Positions 19,655-30,995 of a DNA stretch of 64,000 nucleotides are shown here, one piece after another. This stretch comes from an uncultured Trueperaceae bacterium (GTDB lineage Bacteria; Deinococcota; Deinococci; Deinococcales; Trueperaceae). How positions within the stretch are numbered: the stretch's first letter is position 1; each line of letters starts with the position of its first letter. The notes below the pieces were generated by a model. It searched no databases. It worked only from the letters and a program-made list of their open reading frames with translations, and was not told the DNA's origin. The DNA is taken from the NCBI GenBank assembly GCA_963799485.1, contig CAWCXJ010000009.1, positions 163,984-227,983 on the forward strand, written 5' to 3'. Both the position numbers and the translations under genes were made by a program.

Positions 19655-19773
19655 CCTCATCTCGAGCAACCGAGGGAACTGGCCCCAAGACGTTGCAGCA
19701 ACCAGCTTTCATCTAGGCGGGTGCTCTTTCCAGCCGGTACACGGGTCACGATGACGCAACCGGAAAGATGAGA
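19655..19773 (+). ncRNA. SAM-I (S-box) riboswitch
   Basis: CTCATC.CGAG...GAGGGAACTGGCCC.AAGAC...GCAACC...GGTGC..TTCC...GAAAGATGAG, upstream of metF-metH. Confidence 0.92.
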
Positions 19774-19817
19774 AGAGCTTACCCTCTTCTACTGCGTCCT
19801 TTAGAGGAGGGCCTATC

Positions 19818-20612
19818 ATGCACACCGTGACCTCACACACCCCGCGTATTTCCGTCGAACTCGTGCCGCGTAATCAAGAGGCACTTGCGGACGACTTAGC
19901 TATATTAGGCGAGTACTTTCCCTTTATCGATACCGTAAACATTCCCGATTTAACGCGTTTTAGCCTCCGCAGCCACGAGGCGTGCAAGGTGGCGCAAACC
20001 CGTGTTCGCCGCGCGATTCCGCACTTACGGGCGGTAGGTACGAACCTCAAAAACCTGAACCCATTGCTGACTTACCTAGACGAAAACGAACTGCATGAAG
20101 TTTTGGTCGTGAGCGGTGATTTGCCCGCCGATATGAGTCAGCCGAGCTATCCGACCTCGAGCCTTGGGCTCATCCGGGCTATCAAGTCGGCGCTCCCGCA
20201 CGCCCAAGTTTACGGCGCTCTAGACCCCTACCGGCAGAGCTTGCTTAAAGAACGCGATTATGCGTTGGAGAAATTAGAAGCCGGTGCCAGCGGCCTTTTT
20301 ACGCAACCCTTTTTTGACACCCGGTTGATGCAGGTCTACTTAGAGTTGCTGCCGGATGTCAACCTCTACTGGGGCGCGACCACCATCACGACCAAGCGTT
20401 CACTCGGTTACTGGCAAAACCGTAACCACGCGGTTTTTCCGGCGGATTTTGAGCCGACGCTTACCTGGAGCCGCACCTTTGCGCGCGAGGCGTTGGAGTT
20501 TGCCCAGAAAACTCGGACAAACCTCTACTTTATGCCGATTAAAACCGGTTTACACGCCTTCTTAGAGGGTATCCTGACAGAAGACGTGTGCCGTCCGGCG
20601 GTGAGAATATGA
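19818..20612 (+). CDS. metF: Methylenetetrahydrofolate reductase family protein
   Basis: [37 protein letters not shown]; between SAM-I and metH. Confidence 0.8.
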   Translation: MHTVTSHTPRISVELVPRNQEALADDLAILGEYFPFIDTVNIPDLTRFSLRSHEACKVAQTRVRRAIPHLRAVGTNLKNLNPLLTYLDENELHEVLVVSGDLPADMSQPSYPTSSLGLIRAIKSALPHAQVYGALDPYRQSLLKERDYALEKLEAGASGLFTQPFFDTRLMQVYLELLPDVNLYWGATTITTKRSLGYWQNRNHAVFPADFEPTLTWSRTFAREALEFAQKTRTNLYFMPIKTGLHAFLEGILTEDVCRPAVRI

Positions 20613-23600
20613 ACCTCAAAGAAAAAGCCTCAGCTCAGCTTTTACGGGACGCGCTGAAAAAGCGCGTGTTAGTCCTCGACGGCGCGATGGGCACGATGAT
20701 TCAGCGCCACCCGCTCTCGGAAGCGGATTTTCGCGGAAAGCGGTTTGCCGACCATCCGTCACCGCTTCAGGGCGCCAACGACCTCTTGACGCTGACACAA
20801 CCGCAGCTTATCGAGGAGATTCACCGTGAATACTTCGCAGCCGGGGCCGATATCGTTGAGACCAATACCTTTAGCTCGACCACCGTGGGGATGGCGGAAT
20901 ACGGCGTAGACGACGCGATTTACGAGCTGAACTTGGAGGCCGCTCGCCTTGCCCGTAGCGCCGCCGACGCTTTTGCGACGCCCGAAAAACCCCGCTTTGT
21001 CGCCGGAGCCGTCGGCCCGACAAACCGCACCGCGAGCATGTCACCGGACGTCAATAATCCGGCCTTCCGTGCGATAGATTTTGACGCGCTCGTGGTGTCG
21101 TACAGCGAGCAGATACGCGGGCTACTCGAGGGCGGCGTAGACACCCTGCTGATTGAAACGGTCTTCGACACCCTCAACTGTAAAGCTGCGTTGTTCGCTG
21201 CCGAGTCGGTGTTTGACGAAGTAGGTTTCAAGGTACCGCTGATGGTTTCGGGCACCATCACCGACGCCTCGGGGCGGACGCTTTCCGGTCAGACGCTCGC
21301 CGCATTTCTGATTTCGGTGTCGCACGTGGATTTGCTCTCGGTCGGGCTCAACTGTGCGCTCGGGCCTGCCGAACTGCGGGCGTACGTCGAAGAGCTTTCC
21401 GGCATCACTCACTTTTATACGAGCGCATACCCAAATGCGGGGTTGCCGAACGCGTTTGGGGGTTACGACGAGACGCCGGAATCTATGCTTTCGGTAATGG
21501 AAAGCTGGTTGGGGGGCGGCTGGGTCAATATCATCGGGGGTTGCTGCGGCACCACACCCGAACACATCAAGGTCTTCGCCAAAGCTGCCGCGAAAACCGC
21601 GCCGCGCGTCCCGCCTGAAGTGCCTGCGTACCCGAAGTTTTCTGGCCTCGAGCCCCTCATCATCCGGCCTGAAACGAACTTCGTGAATGTTGGCGAACGC
21701 ACCAACGTTACGGGCTCGAAAAAGTTTTTACGGCTCATCAAAGAAGAACGCTTTGACGACGCTCTAGCGGTCGCCCGTGACCAGGTCGAAGGCGGCGCGC
21801 AAATCATTGATATCAACATGGACGAGGCGATGTTGGACGCCGACGCCTCGATGACGACATTTTTGAACCTCGTCGCCGCCGAGCCCGACATCGCCCGCGT
21901 GCCGATTATGCTCGACTCGTCGAAGTTTACGGTCTTAGAGTCCGGCCTCAAACGGGTACAGGGCAAAGCCATCGTCAACTCGATTTCACTGAAAGAGGGC
22001 GAAGCGGCGTTCCGGCAGCACGCGCAGCTCGTCCGGCGGTACGGCGCGGCGGCGATCGTGATGGCCTTTGACGAATCCGGGCAGGCCGACACGTATGAGC
22101 GGCGTACCCAGATTTGCAAACGGGCGTACCGTATTCTGGTAGATGAGGTCGGGTTTGCGCCCGAAGACATCATCTTCGACCCGAACATCTTTCCGGTAGC
22201 GACCGGCATCGATGAGCACAACAACTACGCGCTGGACTTTTTTGCGGCGACGCGCTGGATTAAAGACAACCTGCCGGGGGCGCTCGTGTCGGGCGGCGTA
22301 TCGAACGTGTCGTTTTCGTTCCGTGGGAACAATCCGGTGCGCGAGGCGATGCACGCGGTGTTTTTGTACCACGCGCGGCAGGCCGGGATGGATATGGGCA
22401 TCGTCAACCCGGCGATGTTGGAAATCTACGAAGACATCCCGAAAGATTTGTTGGAGCACGTCGAAGATGTGATTTTGAACCGCCGTGACGACGCGACCGA
22501 AAGACTGCTGGCCTTTGCCGAAAACGTCAAATCGGGCGGCAAAAAGAGCGTCAGAGACGAGGCGTGGCGCGGTGAAGGGGTAGAGAAGAGGCTCGAGCAC
22601 GCCCTCGTTCGGGGCATCACCGACTACATCGAGGCCGACACCGAAGAAGCGCGGCAAACGCTGCAGAGTCCGCTTTCGGTCATCGAAGGCCCGCTGATGG
22701 ACGGGATGAACGTCGTCGGCGACCTGTTCGGCAGCGGCAAGATGTTTCTGCCGCAAGTCGTTAAATCCGCAAGGGTGATGAAGCGGGCGGTAGCGTATTT
22801 GGAGCCGTACCTTGAGGCTGAAAAGTTAGCGTCGGGCACGTCGGAGCGTAAAAGCGCCGGGAAAATCTTGTTGGCTACCGTAAAAGGCGACGTTCACGAC
22901 ATCGGCAAAAACATCGTCGGGGTCGTCTTGGCGTGTAACGGCTTTGAGATTTTGGACCTCGGGGTGATGGTGCCGACAGAAAAGATTTTAGACACCGCCG
23001 AACGTGAAAAGGTTGACGTCATCGGTCTGTCGGGTCTGATTACGCCGTCACTTGACGAGATGGTCTATGTAGCGAAAGAGCTCGAGCGCCGCAACCTGCG
23101 CACGCCCCTACTCATCGGCGGGGCGACGACGAGCCGGGTGCATACCGCCGTAAAAATCGCGCCGCAGTACGGCGGCCTGGCGGTTCACGTGCTGGACGCC
23201 TCGAGGAGTGTCGGGATTGCGGCGCGGGCCGTGAGCGACCGGGACAGGCCGGGGCTCGAGACCGAAACCCGCACCCTGTACGATGAGGTGCGCCAAAACT
23301 TTGCCGGTAGGCAGGTTTCAAAGCAGCTCGTCAGCTTGAGCGAAGCACGTAAAAATGCACCGGTTTTAGAGTTCGGTGCAGTTACCAAACCGAGCTTTTT
23401 AGGCAGGCAAGTGCTAAACGATTATCCGCTCGAGGAACTCGTTGCCAAAATCGACTGGACACCGTTTTTTCTGACCTGGGAACTTTCCGGGCGCTATCCG
23501 AACATCTTGCAAGACGAAGTGGTCGGCGAGGTTGCGACGAAGCTGTTTGAAGACGCTCAGGAACTTTTAGCGCGTAGTGTCGCCGAAAAACGGTTTACGG

Positions 23601-24334
23601 CGCGGGCGACGTTCGGCTTCTTTCCGGCGGCGCGGGTGGGGGACGACCTCGAGCTCTACACCGACGACGCCCGTCAGACGCTTAAAGCGCAGCTTCACAC
23701 GTTACGGCAGCAAACCGCCAAACGCGCCGGTCAACCCAACTACGCGTTAGCCGATTTTGTTGCCGCCAAGGACTCTGGCGTTCAAGATTACGTCGGCGGG
23801 TTTGCGGTCTCCATTCACGGCGCCGACGAGTTTGCCCGTGAGTTTGAAGCCGTACACGACGACTACAACGCGATTTTGGTCAAAGCTTTAGCCGACCGTC
23901 TCGCCGAAGCGTTTGCCGAACGGCTCCACGAACGGGTACGCCAAGAGTTCTGGGGCTACGCGCCGGACGAGAGATTCACAAACGATGAGCTGATCCGTGA
24001 ACGCTATCAGGGGATTCGCCCCGCACCCGGTTATCCGGCTTCTCCCGACCACACCGAGAAACGCACGCTTTTCGATTTGCTGGACGCCGAACAAACGGCG
24101 GGCATCACCCTTACCGAAAGTTACGCGATGTACCCCGGTGCAGCGGTCTCGGGCTTTTACTTTGCCCACCCTGAAGCGCGTTACTTCGGGGTCGGTAAAC
24201 TCGCTAAAGACCAGTTGCAAGATTACGCCGCCCGTAAAGGGATGACTTTAGGGGCGGCTGAACGCTGGCTCGCGCCGAACCTCAGCTACGACCCTGATGT
24301 AGAAAAACAAACAGCACTCGAGTTTGTCAAATGA
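20609..24334 (+). CDS. metH: Cobalamin-dependent methionine synthase
   Basis: [38 protein letters not shown]12-binding motif, [11 protein letters not shown] overlap with metF. Confidence 0.97.
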   Translation: MNLKEKASAQLLRDALKKRVLVLDGAMGTMIQRHPLSEADFRGKRFADHPSPLQGANDLLTLTQPQLIEEIHREYFAAGADIVETNTFSSTTVGMAEYGVDDAIYELNLEAARLARSAADAFATPEKPRFVAGAVGPTNRTASMSPDVNNPAFRAIDFDALVVSYSEQIRGLLEGGVDTLLIETVFDTLNCKAALFAAESVFDEVGFKVPLMVSGTITDASGRTLSGQTLAAFLISVSHVDLLSVGLNCALGPAELRAYVEELSGITHFYTSAYPNAGLPNAFGGYDETPESMLSVMESWLGGGWVNIIGGCCGTTPEHIKVFAKAAAKTAPRVPPEVPAYPKFSGLEPLIIRPETNFVNVGERTNVTGSKKFLRLIKEERFDDALAVARDQVEGGAQIIDINMDEAMLDADASMTTFLNLVAAEPDIARVPIMLDSSKFTVLESGLKRVQGKAIVNSISLKEGEAAFRQHAQLVRRYGAAAIVMAFDESGQADTYERRTQICKRAYRILVDEVGFAPEDIIFDPNIFPVATGIDEHNNYALDFFAATRWIKDNLPGALVSGGVSNVSFSFRGNNPVREAMHAVFLYHARQAGMDMGIVNPAMLEIYEDIPKDLLEHVEDVILNRRDDATERLLAFAENVKSGGKKSVRDEAWRGEGVEKRLEHALVRGITDYIEADTEEARQTLQSPLSVIEGPLMDGMNVVGDLFGSGKMFLPQVVKSARVMKRAVAYLEPYLEAEKLASGTSERKSAGKILLATVKGDVHDIGKNIVGVVLACNGFEILDLGVMVPTEKILDTAEREKVDVIGLSGLITPSLDEMVYVAKELERRNLRTPLLIGGATTSRVHTAVKIAPQYGGLAVHVLDASRSVGIAARAVSDRDRPGLETETRTLYDEVRQNFAGRQVSKQLVSLSEARKNAPVLEFGAVTKPSFLGRQVLNDYPLEELVAKIDWTPFFLTWELSGRYPNILQDEVVGEVATKLFEDAQELLARSVAEKRFTARATFGFFPAARVGDDLELYTDDARQTLKAQLHTLRQQTAKRAGQPNYALADFVAAKDSGVQDYVGGFAVSIHGADEFAREFEAVHDDYNAILVKALADRLAEAFAERLHERVRQEFWGYAPDERFTNDELIRERYQGIRPAPGYPASPDHTEKRTLFDLLDAEQTAGITLTESYAMYPGAAVSGFYFAHPEARYFGVGKLAKDQLQDYAARKGMTLGAAERWLAPNLSYDPDVEKQTALEFVK

Positions 24335-24346
24335 TGTTTAATCCGT

Positions 24347-25378
24347 TCAGTTTTGTTGTGGGCGTAAAGGGGTGGCACTTTCAGACACATCTACTCCAAC
24401 GAAATCGAAATAGTGCCTCGCCAAATTATAATCTTGAGTGTTGATCTTTATGTCGCAGTATGCGCGTAAGTTGCCTGATTCGGCAGGGTTAAGTTGCCAG
24501 TCCTTACCCTTTTCTGCAAATCCCAGGTTTGCGTAGGGTTTCGCATACGCTTCTCCTGTTTGCCAACACACTTCACCTCTATCTACCTGTGCCTGTGTTA
24601 GCAGCAACCTCCACTCGTTTTCGCTGGAGAATGATGGGTGTTTCATCAATGAGCTAAAGCAAGCATACCGTTCAACCAGCCTCGAGTGAAGCTCCTGAGA
24701 GTTAGAAACACCACCTAATTTCAGCGAAGACATGTCTTCAAAAACAAGTTCTGCTAAATTCTCTAAGCTGTCGTAAATTACGGGTGCAAGCAAGGCTTCA
24801 GCAGGAATAGCTTTGTTTTTACCCCTTTTGCTTTTTCGATTGTTGCAGTCAAGTAAAGTGGCATTAGATAAGAGGTCAACTCTGAACCCTATTGAGACGC
24901 CATGACGCACGGCATACTTCTGCCACTGACTTACGTCGTCACCTTCAGTCGATAAACTGACCACATAAGCGTTGCCTCGGTGGATGGCATAAGCTTCTTC
25001 AAAACCTTTACTGAAAGGTCTTGCAAGGAAGTTTACGGCGGGCTCTATAAGTCCATATCTCGACCGATCGGCAATTTTGAGCTTTTCGAGAGCCTTTCTT
25101 AATGCGTATGCTCCATGTTTAATCTCACTCAGATCATTTAGGAAGTAGGCATCTGTTGCTCGAAGCGTCCTTTTATCCATAATGCTAAAGGCTGCCGACA
25201 ATGATGTGTAATGATAAAGATATTTGAGTTTGTTTAACGGAAGTTTCTTTTGAACAGGCCATAAAATTGAATCTATAGCTCCATCTAATTTGTGCTGGTC
25301 AAGCTTCATACAAAAATTATCCTCATAACTAATCTCCAAATCTCGACCTAGCTCATTGAGCCTATCTACTATAGTCAT
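24347..25378 (-). CDS. DUF2971-like protein (low GC)
   Basis: LYHYTS, LRAT...LND..E, VVSLS...DD.SQW.KYA, GVSIGF, K...F..E.EWR pattern; visibly AT-richer than flanks. Confidence 0.7.
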   Translation of the reverse strand: MTIVDRLNELGRDLEISYEDNFCMKLDQHKLDGAIDSILWPVQKKLPLNKLKYLYHYTSLSAAFSIMDKRTLRATDAYFLNDLSEIKHGAYALRKALEKLKIADRSRYGLIEPAVNFLARPFSKGFEEAYAIHRGNAYVVSLSTEGDDVSQWQKYAVRHGVSIGFRVDLLSNATLLDCNNRKSKRGKNKAIPAEALLAPVIYDSLENLAELVFEDMSSLKLGGVSNSQELHSRLVERYACFSSLMKHPSFSSENEWRLLLTQAQVDRGEVCWQTGEAYAKPYANLGFAEKGKDWQLNPAESGNLRAYCDIKINTQDYNLARHYFDFVGVDVSESATPLRPQQN

Positions 25379-26638
25379 TGCTTCACCTCATCTTGGGTAC
25401 GACCTTGAGTTGTTGCTCGAGGCGGCCCGTTAGTAGCAGGCAACCGGAATACCGCAATCAGCGCCGAAAGCCCGAGAAACGCCCCCGTTAGCACAAAGAC
25501 GATACGGTACTCGAACGCCGTAAACCCGACCTGCTGCATCAGCACGACCACCGCCGCCCCCAAAAGCGGCGCAACCGTCCGCGACGCCGAAACAATCGCA
25601 TTATCAAGGCCGTAAACCGACCCTTCCTGACCGGGCCGGGTATAACGCGACAAGAGCGCCGCCACCGACGGCGTAAGCCCGCCTACCGCGATCCCTGTCA
25701 AGGCTTGCAAGACAATAAGCTGCCACACCTGCGTGACGAAGCTCTGCGGCGCGTATAAGAGCGCCGCCGCGACGGCACAGACAATTAAAATAGGCCGGTG
25801 TCCGATACGGTCGCCGAGCCGCCCGATATAGACCGCGCTGAGCGTCCCCGTCGCCGCTGCAATCCCGACAATCAGCCCGATGGTGGTGTTCACGCCCCGG
25901 CTTGAGAGCGGCAACGTCGCTACAAAAAGGGGCAGAATCGGCGTGAGCATATTGCGGCCCAACCAGTTGAGAAAACTCAGCGTGTAGAGCGTCCCAACCT
26001 GCGGCGTGCGGAGAATACGCTGCCAGCTCACCAGCATCTTCTCACGGGGCCCTGCTTTTTTTGAAGGCCGGACGAACGTCTCTTTAACTCCGAGCGTTAC
26101 CATCAGCCCGGACGCTGCGAGTAGCACAGCCGTAACGAGAAACGTCGCCCGAAACCCGAAGGTGTCTGCCAACACGCCGCCGATAAAGGGGCCGACCGCT
26201 ACGCCGCTCCCAAGTCCGAGTTGTAGCAAACCCATCGCGTAACCTACACGGTCACGCGGAACCGACGAGGCGACCAGCGCGTTACCTGCCGAGACGGTGC
26301 CGGTCAAAAACCCCTGCAACGCCCGGAGCAAAACAAGTACCTCGGCGTTCGGGACAAAGGCCATCAGCGCCAGCGTAATCGCGCCGCTGTACGCCGCCCG
26401 CTCGACCATCGGTTTGCGTCCGTAACGATCAGAGACCGAGCCCCAGATAGGGGAGGCGATGGTCATGGTGAGTGCTTGCGCGGAAAAAACGAGCGCCGCC
26501 AAGAGCGTCAAGCTCATGCCGGTCGCCGAGCCTAGCGATTCGACGTAACGCGGTAGAAAACGGAAAAATTATTGAAAACCCGACCGACGACATCAGCTGC
26601 GCGAAAATCATGATGTAAAGGGTGCGCTGCCACGGCAT
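25375..26638 (-). pseudogene. MFS transporter (MdtG/DHA1-like) with a +1 frameshift near its 5' end
   Basis: MPWQRTLYIMIFAQLMSSVGFSIIFPF continues as LPRYVESLG...SPIWGSVSDRYGRKPM in the next frame; one extra base in the A4 run at 26557-26560. Could be a sequencing error. Confidence 0.75.
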
Positions 26639-26747
26639 TAGGAGAGCATAACGCGGGACGCCGAAGCTCGTGTAACCTGCTTGGAATACAAGCCTGGCGT
26701 CATACGGAAAACGTCGTTAGGAGCCGGAGCAAGCCTAGACTCGGAAT

Positions 26748-27773
26748 ATGACCCGTACCAACATTTCCGTTCCGTTGTCGGTGCTCGAGCTGTCCCCCGT
26801 CGCTGCGGGCATGACGAGTTCAGAAGCGCTGCGAAATACTCTGGATTTGGCACGTCACGCCGAACGTTTAGACTTTCACCGCTTCTGGTTGGCTGAACAC
26901 CACAATATGCCCGGAATTGCCAGTGCTGTTCCTGACATCTTAGTTGGACAAATTGCCAGTGTCACAAAAAACCTGCGCGTCGGTTCAGGTGGCGTGATGT
27001 TGCCGAACCATTCGGCGCTTCACGTTGCCGAGACATTCAAGACGCTCGAGGCCCTTTATCCCGGTCGTATCGATTTGGGTATCGGTCGCGCCCCCGGCTC
27101 CGACGGCCTAACGGCGCTCGCCCTCCGCCGCAGCCGTGAGACCTTAAACGCCGACGACTTCGACGAGCAACTTGGTGAGTTGTTCTCTTTCGGTCATGGT
27201 GAGTTCCCCGCAGGTCATCCGTTTAGCCGGATTCAGGCCGTACCGACCGATGTACCACTACCGCCTGTTTACCTACTAGGCTCTTCAGATTACAGCGCCC
27301 GTTTAGCTGGACAACTTGGTCTCGGTTTTGCCTTTGCCTATCATTTCAGCCCGCACGCCCTGCTGCCTGCGCTGAACGCTTACCGGAGCAACTTTGCCCC
27401 CGGCGCACTGCAAAAACCACACGCCATCGTAACGGTCTCGGTTTTTTGTGCGCCAACGGACGAAGAGGCGCAGTTTTTGGCCGGGCCGATGCAGCTGACA
27501 TTTCTCAAACTCCGCAGCGGTGAACCCATCCGTTTGCCTTCGCCGGAGGACGCGCGAGCCTACCCCTACACGCCACAAGAACGGGCCGTTTTAGAAGCCA
27601 TCAGCGCCATGCAAATCGTCGGCAGCCCCGATACGGTACGCGCACAGCTGGGTGAGCTGCTCGAGAAAACCCAGGCCGATGAACTGATGCTCACTACGAT
27701 GATGCACAGCCACAGTGACCGGCTGCGTTCGTTTGAACTGGTTGCGGACGCCTTGCGCGGGGTTGCTGTTTGA
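26748..27773 (+). CDS. LLM-class flavin-dependent oxidoreductase (luciferase-like, YhbW type)
   Basis: FWLAEHHN, GSGGVMLPNH, GRIDLGIGRAPG, LLGSS. Confidence 0.92.
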   Translation: MTRTNISVPLSVLELSPVAAGMTSSEALRNTLDLARHAERLDFHRFWLAEHHNMPGIASAVPDILVGQIASVTKNLRVGSGGVMLPNHSALHVAETFKTLEALYPGRIDLGIGRAPGSDGLTALALRRSRETLNADDFDEQLGELFSFGHGEFPAGHPFSRIQAVPTDVPLPPVYLLGSSDYSARLAGQLGLGFAFAYHFSPHALLPALNAYRSNFAPGALQKPHAIVTVSVFCAPTDEEAQFLAGPMQLTFLKLRSGEPIRLPSPEDARAYPYTPQERAVLEAISAMQIVGSPDTVRAQLGELLEKTQADELMLTTMMHSHSDRLRSFELVADALRGVAV

Positions 27774-27823
27774 AGTGGCGCGAACGGTATTGGAGAAGCG
27801 AGGCAGCAGACCTAAAAGCACGG

Positions 27824-27856
27824 ATTCCCCCGAAGCTGATCCGTCGGGGGAATTTT
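27824..27856 (+). terminator. Intrinsic terminator between LLM gene and convergent tRNA-Asn
   Basis: ATTCCCCCGA...TCGGGGGAAT plus TTT. Confidence 0.65.
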
Positions 27857-27876
27857 ACGTGCAAAGCTTGGATTTG

Positions 27877-27951
27877 TGGCTCCGCGGGTAGGGCTCGAAC
27901 CTACGACCGATCGATTAACAGTCGATTGCTCTACCACTGAGCTACCGCGGA
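27877..27951 (-). tRNA. tRNA-Asn(GTT)
   Basis: Cloverleaf TCCGCGG-TAGCTCAGTGGTAGAGC-AATCGACT GTT AATCGAT...GTTCGAG..CCGCGGAGCCA. Confidence 0.97.
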
Positions 27952-28175
27952 ATACGCGCCCACGTAACGTTCAAGCAGGCGAACGCCAGTTTAACAAGTT
28001 GTGCATGTGCTTGGCAAGTGTCGGCGTCCTCTAAGGGTGTACGAAATGTTACATGGGCGCTTTCTTTGGCGCACCGAAAGGAGGCTGCGGGAGAAGGCCG
28101 CACGGGTCGCTTCTCCCGTATTCTTACTCTAAAAAGTCTCCCTCTAAAACCGACGCCAGCCAACGCTGTCTTTGT

Positions 28176-30101
28176 TTAGATATCCTCGAGATACGTGTAG
28201 CCGACCAACTCGGCGCTGTACTTTTCCAGCAGCGCTTCAGCGTCCGGGCGTGAGAGCGTACCGTTTTGGATCGCCTCCTCCGCCTCTTCGACAAGCCAGC
28301 CCCGGAGTTGCGGCGCTTCATAACCCATATTTTCGATGACGCGCCGCGCCTTTTGCCCGTTGACGATCCGCTCTGTGACAAACCCCTCCGGCGTCAGGCG
28401 GATGTGTGCTTCGTTCACCCGGCCGAAGAGGTTGTGCGAGTTCGCCAGCACATCTTGGTATGCGCCCGCTAGAAAGACACCCAGATAATATGGTTCATTT
28501 GCTCTGAGTTCATGCAGCGGCAGCGTCGCTTTGACGTCGCGGAGGTCGATAAACTTTTCGATCTTGCCGTCCGAATCGCACGAGATGTCGACTAACGTGG
28601 CGTCGCGGGTCGGTTGTTCGTTGAGCCGGTGTAGCGGCGCAACCGGGAAGAGTGCGCCGATGGCCCAGTGGTCGGGCAAGCTCTGAAAAAGGCTGAAGTT
28701 GCAGATGTATTTGTCGGCCAAGAGTTTCGGCAGGTCTTCGATGTCGTCGGGAACATAGTCCAGATCACGGACGATACGCCCGATTTTGCTCAGGATTTGG
28801 TAGTACAGCGTTTCGAGGTGCGCGCGCTCCAAAATGCTCAGGTAGCCCAGGTCGAACAGGCTGTGCATCGTATCTTTGTTGCCCACCGCGTCGTAAAAGA
28901 CTTCGCGGTAGTTTTTGAGCGTCACGGTTTGCAGCAGTTCGCGCATATCGCCGACAAGGGTGTGTGCGCCCTCCGGCAAGTCCGGTAACGTAACCGCCTC
29001 ATGGGTTGGGCCGACCACATCGATGACCGGCAACACCAAAACGGCGTGATGCGCGGTCAGGGCGCGCCCCGATTCGGACACGACGATAGGATGCGGCACC
29101 CCGGCTTCCTGACAGGTTTCTAAAATCGTGTAGATGACCGTATCGGCGTACTCCTGCAGGCCGTAATTTGCCGAAGCGTGAAAACTCGTGCGGGAACCGT
29201 CGTAATCGACGGCCAGGCCGCCGCCGACGTTTAGATATTCGATCTCGACGCCGAGTTCGCGGAACTGGGCGTAGGTTTGCGCCGCCTCACGCACCGCCGC
29301 CCGGACTTTACGGATGTCGGTGACTTGCGACCCGACGTGACAGTGCACCATCTTAAGCGTGTCCAACATCCCCAGCTCACGGAGTTTTTCGGTGGCGCTG
29401 ATCATTTCGCCGGTGCTGAGGCCGAACTTGGCAGAGTCGCCGCCCGAGTCCTCCCACTTGCCCGAACCCCGCGCGTGCAGCTTAAAGCGCAGGCCGAGCG
29501 CCGGACGGATGCCCATCTCGCGGCTGACTTTGAGAACGCGCTCCAACTCCGTGTACTTCTCTAAGGTGATCACCACATTTTTGTTGAGCCGCCGCCCCCA
29601 CAGCGCCAACCGGATAAAGTCCTCGTCCTTAAAGCCGTTGCAGCAGAGGAGCGCCTCGGGGTGAATGTCCTGCACCAGACAGAGCGCCAGCTCCGCCTTG
29701 CTGCCCGCCTCGACGCCCGTGCGGTAGCGTGCGCCCGCCTCGGCAATGGTTTCCAGCACGACCCGGCGCTGATTGACCTTGACCGGAAACACGCCCTGAT
29801 AGTGATTTTTGTAACCGAACTTTTCCGTCGCGTCCGCAAACGCCCGGTTGAGCTGCGCCAGCCGGTCTTCTAGAATCTGCGGAAACCGTAAAATCAGGGG
29901 CAGCGCCTGACCTGCGTCCTTAAACTCGCGGATCATTCCGGTCAGGGGCGCTTTCATCCCGGCGAGCGTAGCGTTGAGCTCGCCGCGTGCGCCGACCTCG
30001 AAATAGCCGCCGCTCCAGTTCGGGACGCCGTAAAGCTCAGCCGCGTCGGAGGCTTTGAGGGGTTTTTCGGTGATGCGTTCTTTTGTCGTAGTGCGGTTCA
30101 T
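28176..30101 (-). CDS. speA: Biosynthetic arginine decarboxylase
   Basis: PVKVNQ, EAGSKAEL, HVGSQ, GGGLAVDYDG, ESGRA, SCDSDG; ATG 30101 with GGAGG RBS. Confidence 0.96.
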   Translation of the reverse strand: MNRTTTKERITEKPLKASDAAELYGVPNWSGGYFEVGARGELNATLAGMKAPLTGMIREFKDAGQALPLILRFPQILEDRLAQLNRAFADATEKFGYKNHYQGVFPVKVNQRRVVLETIAEAGARYRTGVEAGSKAELALCLVQDIHPEALLCCNGFKDEDFIRLALWGRRLNKNVVITLEKYTELERVLKVSREMGIRPALGLRFKLHARGSGKWEDSGGDSAKFGLSTGEMISATEKLRELGMLDTLKMVHCHVGSQVTDIRKVRAAVREAAQTYAQFRELGVEIEYLNVGGGLAVDYDGSRTSFHASANYGLQEYADTVIYTILETCQEAGVPHPIVVSESGRALTAHHAVLVLPVIDVVGPTHEAVTLPDLPEGAHTLVGDMRELLQTVTLKNYREVFYDAVGNKDTMHSLFDLGYLSILERAHLETLYYQILSKIGRIVRDLDYVPDDIEDLPKLLADKYICNFSLFQSLPDHWAIGALFPVAPLHRLNEQPTRDATLVDISCDSDGKIEKFIDLRDVKATLPLHELRANEPYYLGVFLAGAYQDVLANSHNLFGRVNEAHIRLTPEGFVTERIVNGQKARRVIENMGYEAPQLRGWLVEEAEEAIQNGTLSRPDAEALLEKYSAELVGYTYLEDI

Positions 30102-30523
30102 CTCAACCTCCAGCGCGCCGGGGGGCCGCTTCTGGCGGCCACGCAAACATGTGAGAATAGCACGTGTCCGGCGCTTTTCTCGTGTAGTGAGACGGGTTTG
30201 TCCATTCGGGTTTGGGGTGCAGTTTAGACGACTTACCACGCCTTAGGCAGATAAAGCGCGACGTAAAGCGTCAAGACGGCGAGGATAGTTGGGGACGGCG
30301 TGCGGCTGGCAGGGTTCAGGTAGCAAAAGCCGACTATGACTGCGCGCTCGGTTTCACCGGGCGTGTTTGGGACGATAAGCGACACGCCTAGATAGCGAGC
30401 AAACAGCACCGTAAAAAGCACCGTAAAAAGCGCGAGTATAGCGTAGTTTAGGGCTCGAGCTGCACGCCAAACGCGTAAAACCTCGCACTGCACCAGCATC
30501 ACACCATTTGACAAAAGCTGTTT

Positions 30524-30739
30524 CTAGGCTGCGTTCAGGCTGTAGCTGTTCGGCTGCGCTTCACCTAGCAGTACCGATAGATAGACCGCCCGTCTGCGCC
30601 TCAACTGCCGTAACGTCGTGCTTAGCGTAACATCATCCGAGTTGGCTCTCGCACTCTCGGCGCGTTCGATGTCGTTTTCCAGCCTTACGATATGGGCGAT
30701 GAGCGCTTGTTCGTCGTGGACTTGTGTCGTGTGTTGCAC
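30524..30739 (-). CDS. Small hypothetical helical protein
   Basis: GTG start with AAGGAG RBS; coiled-coil-like 71 aa. Confidence 0.55.
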   Translation of the reverse strand: MQHTTQVHDEQALIAHIVRLENDIERAESARANSDDVTLSTTLRQLRRRRAVYLSVLLGEAQPNSYSLNAA

Positions 30740-30995
30740 CGTTTCTCCTTAAAGCTTAGCTAACACCACTTTAAGCAGCCGGGTCTGACAAAATTCTGAT
30801 TTTCAGGTTCGAAACGTGGCGCGTCCACCCGAACAAACCCGAAAGTGAACTTTTCAGTACCAATCAAGTACCGTAACCCAGGCACCGTAATTGCACCGCT
30901 GTACCGGGTTCGGCAGTTGTCCGGCAACAGCCTCCGGTCGTATCCGGCGACTGTCTAGGCGATTGTCTAAACGAACGGCAGCCACAAAACGGAAC

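Noticed and set aside
20616..24245. Long antisense/alternate-frame ORFs over metH (similar ones over clpB, topA, speA, kinase)
   Set aside because: Shadow ORFs expected in GC-rich coding DNA; no motifs or translation signals.
24335..27951. Genomic island integrated at tRNA-Asn
   Set aside because: No integrase and no repeat of the tRNA 3' end seen.
30102..30239. N-terminal extension of SpeA in the ORF track
   Set aside because: GGAGG RBS before ATG 30101 gives a normal-length SpeA.
30233..30514. 93-aa hydrophobic ORF
   Set aside because: TTG start without RBS, contains a tandem duplication, no recognisable family; not supportable.
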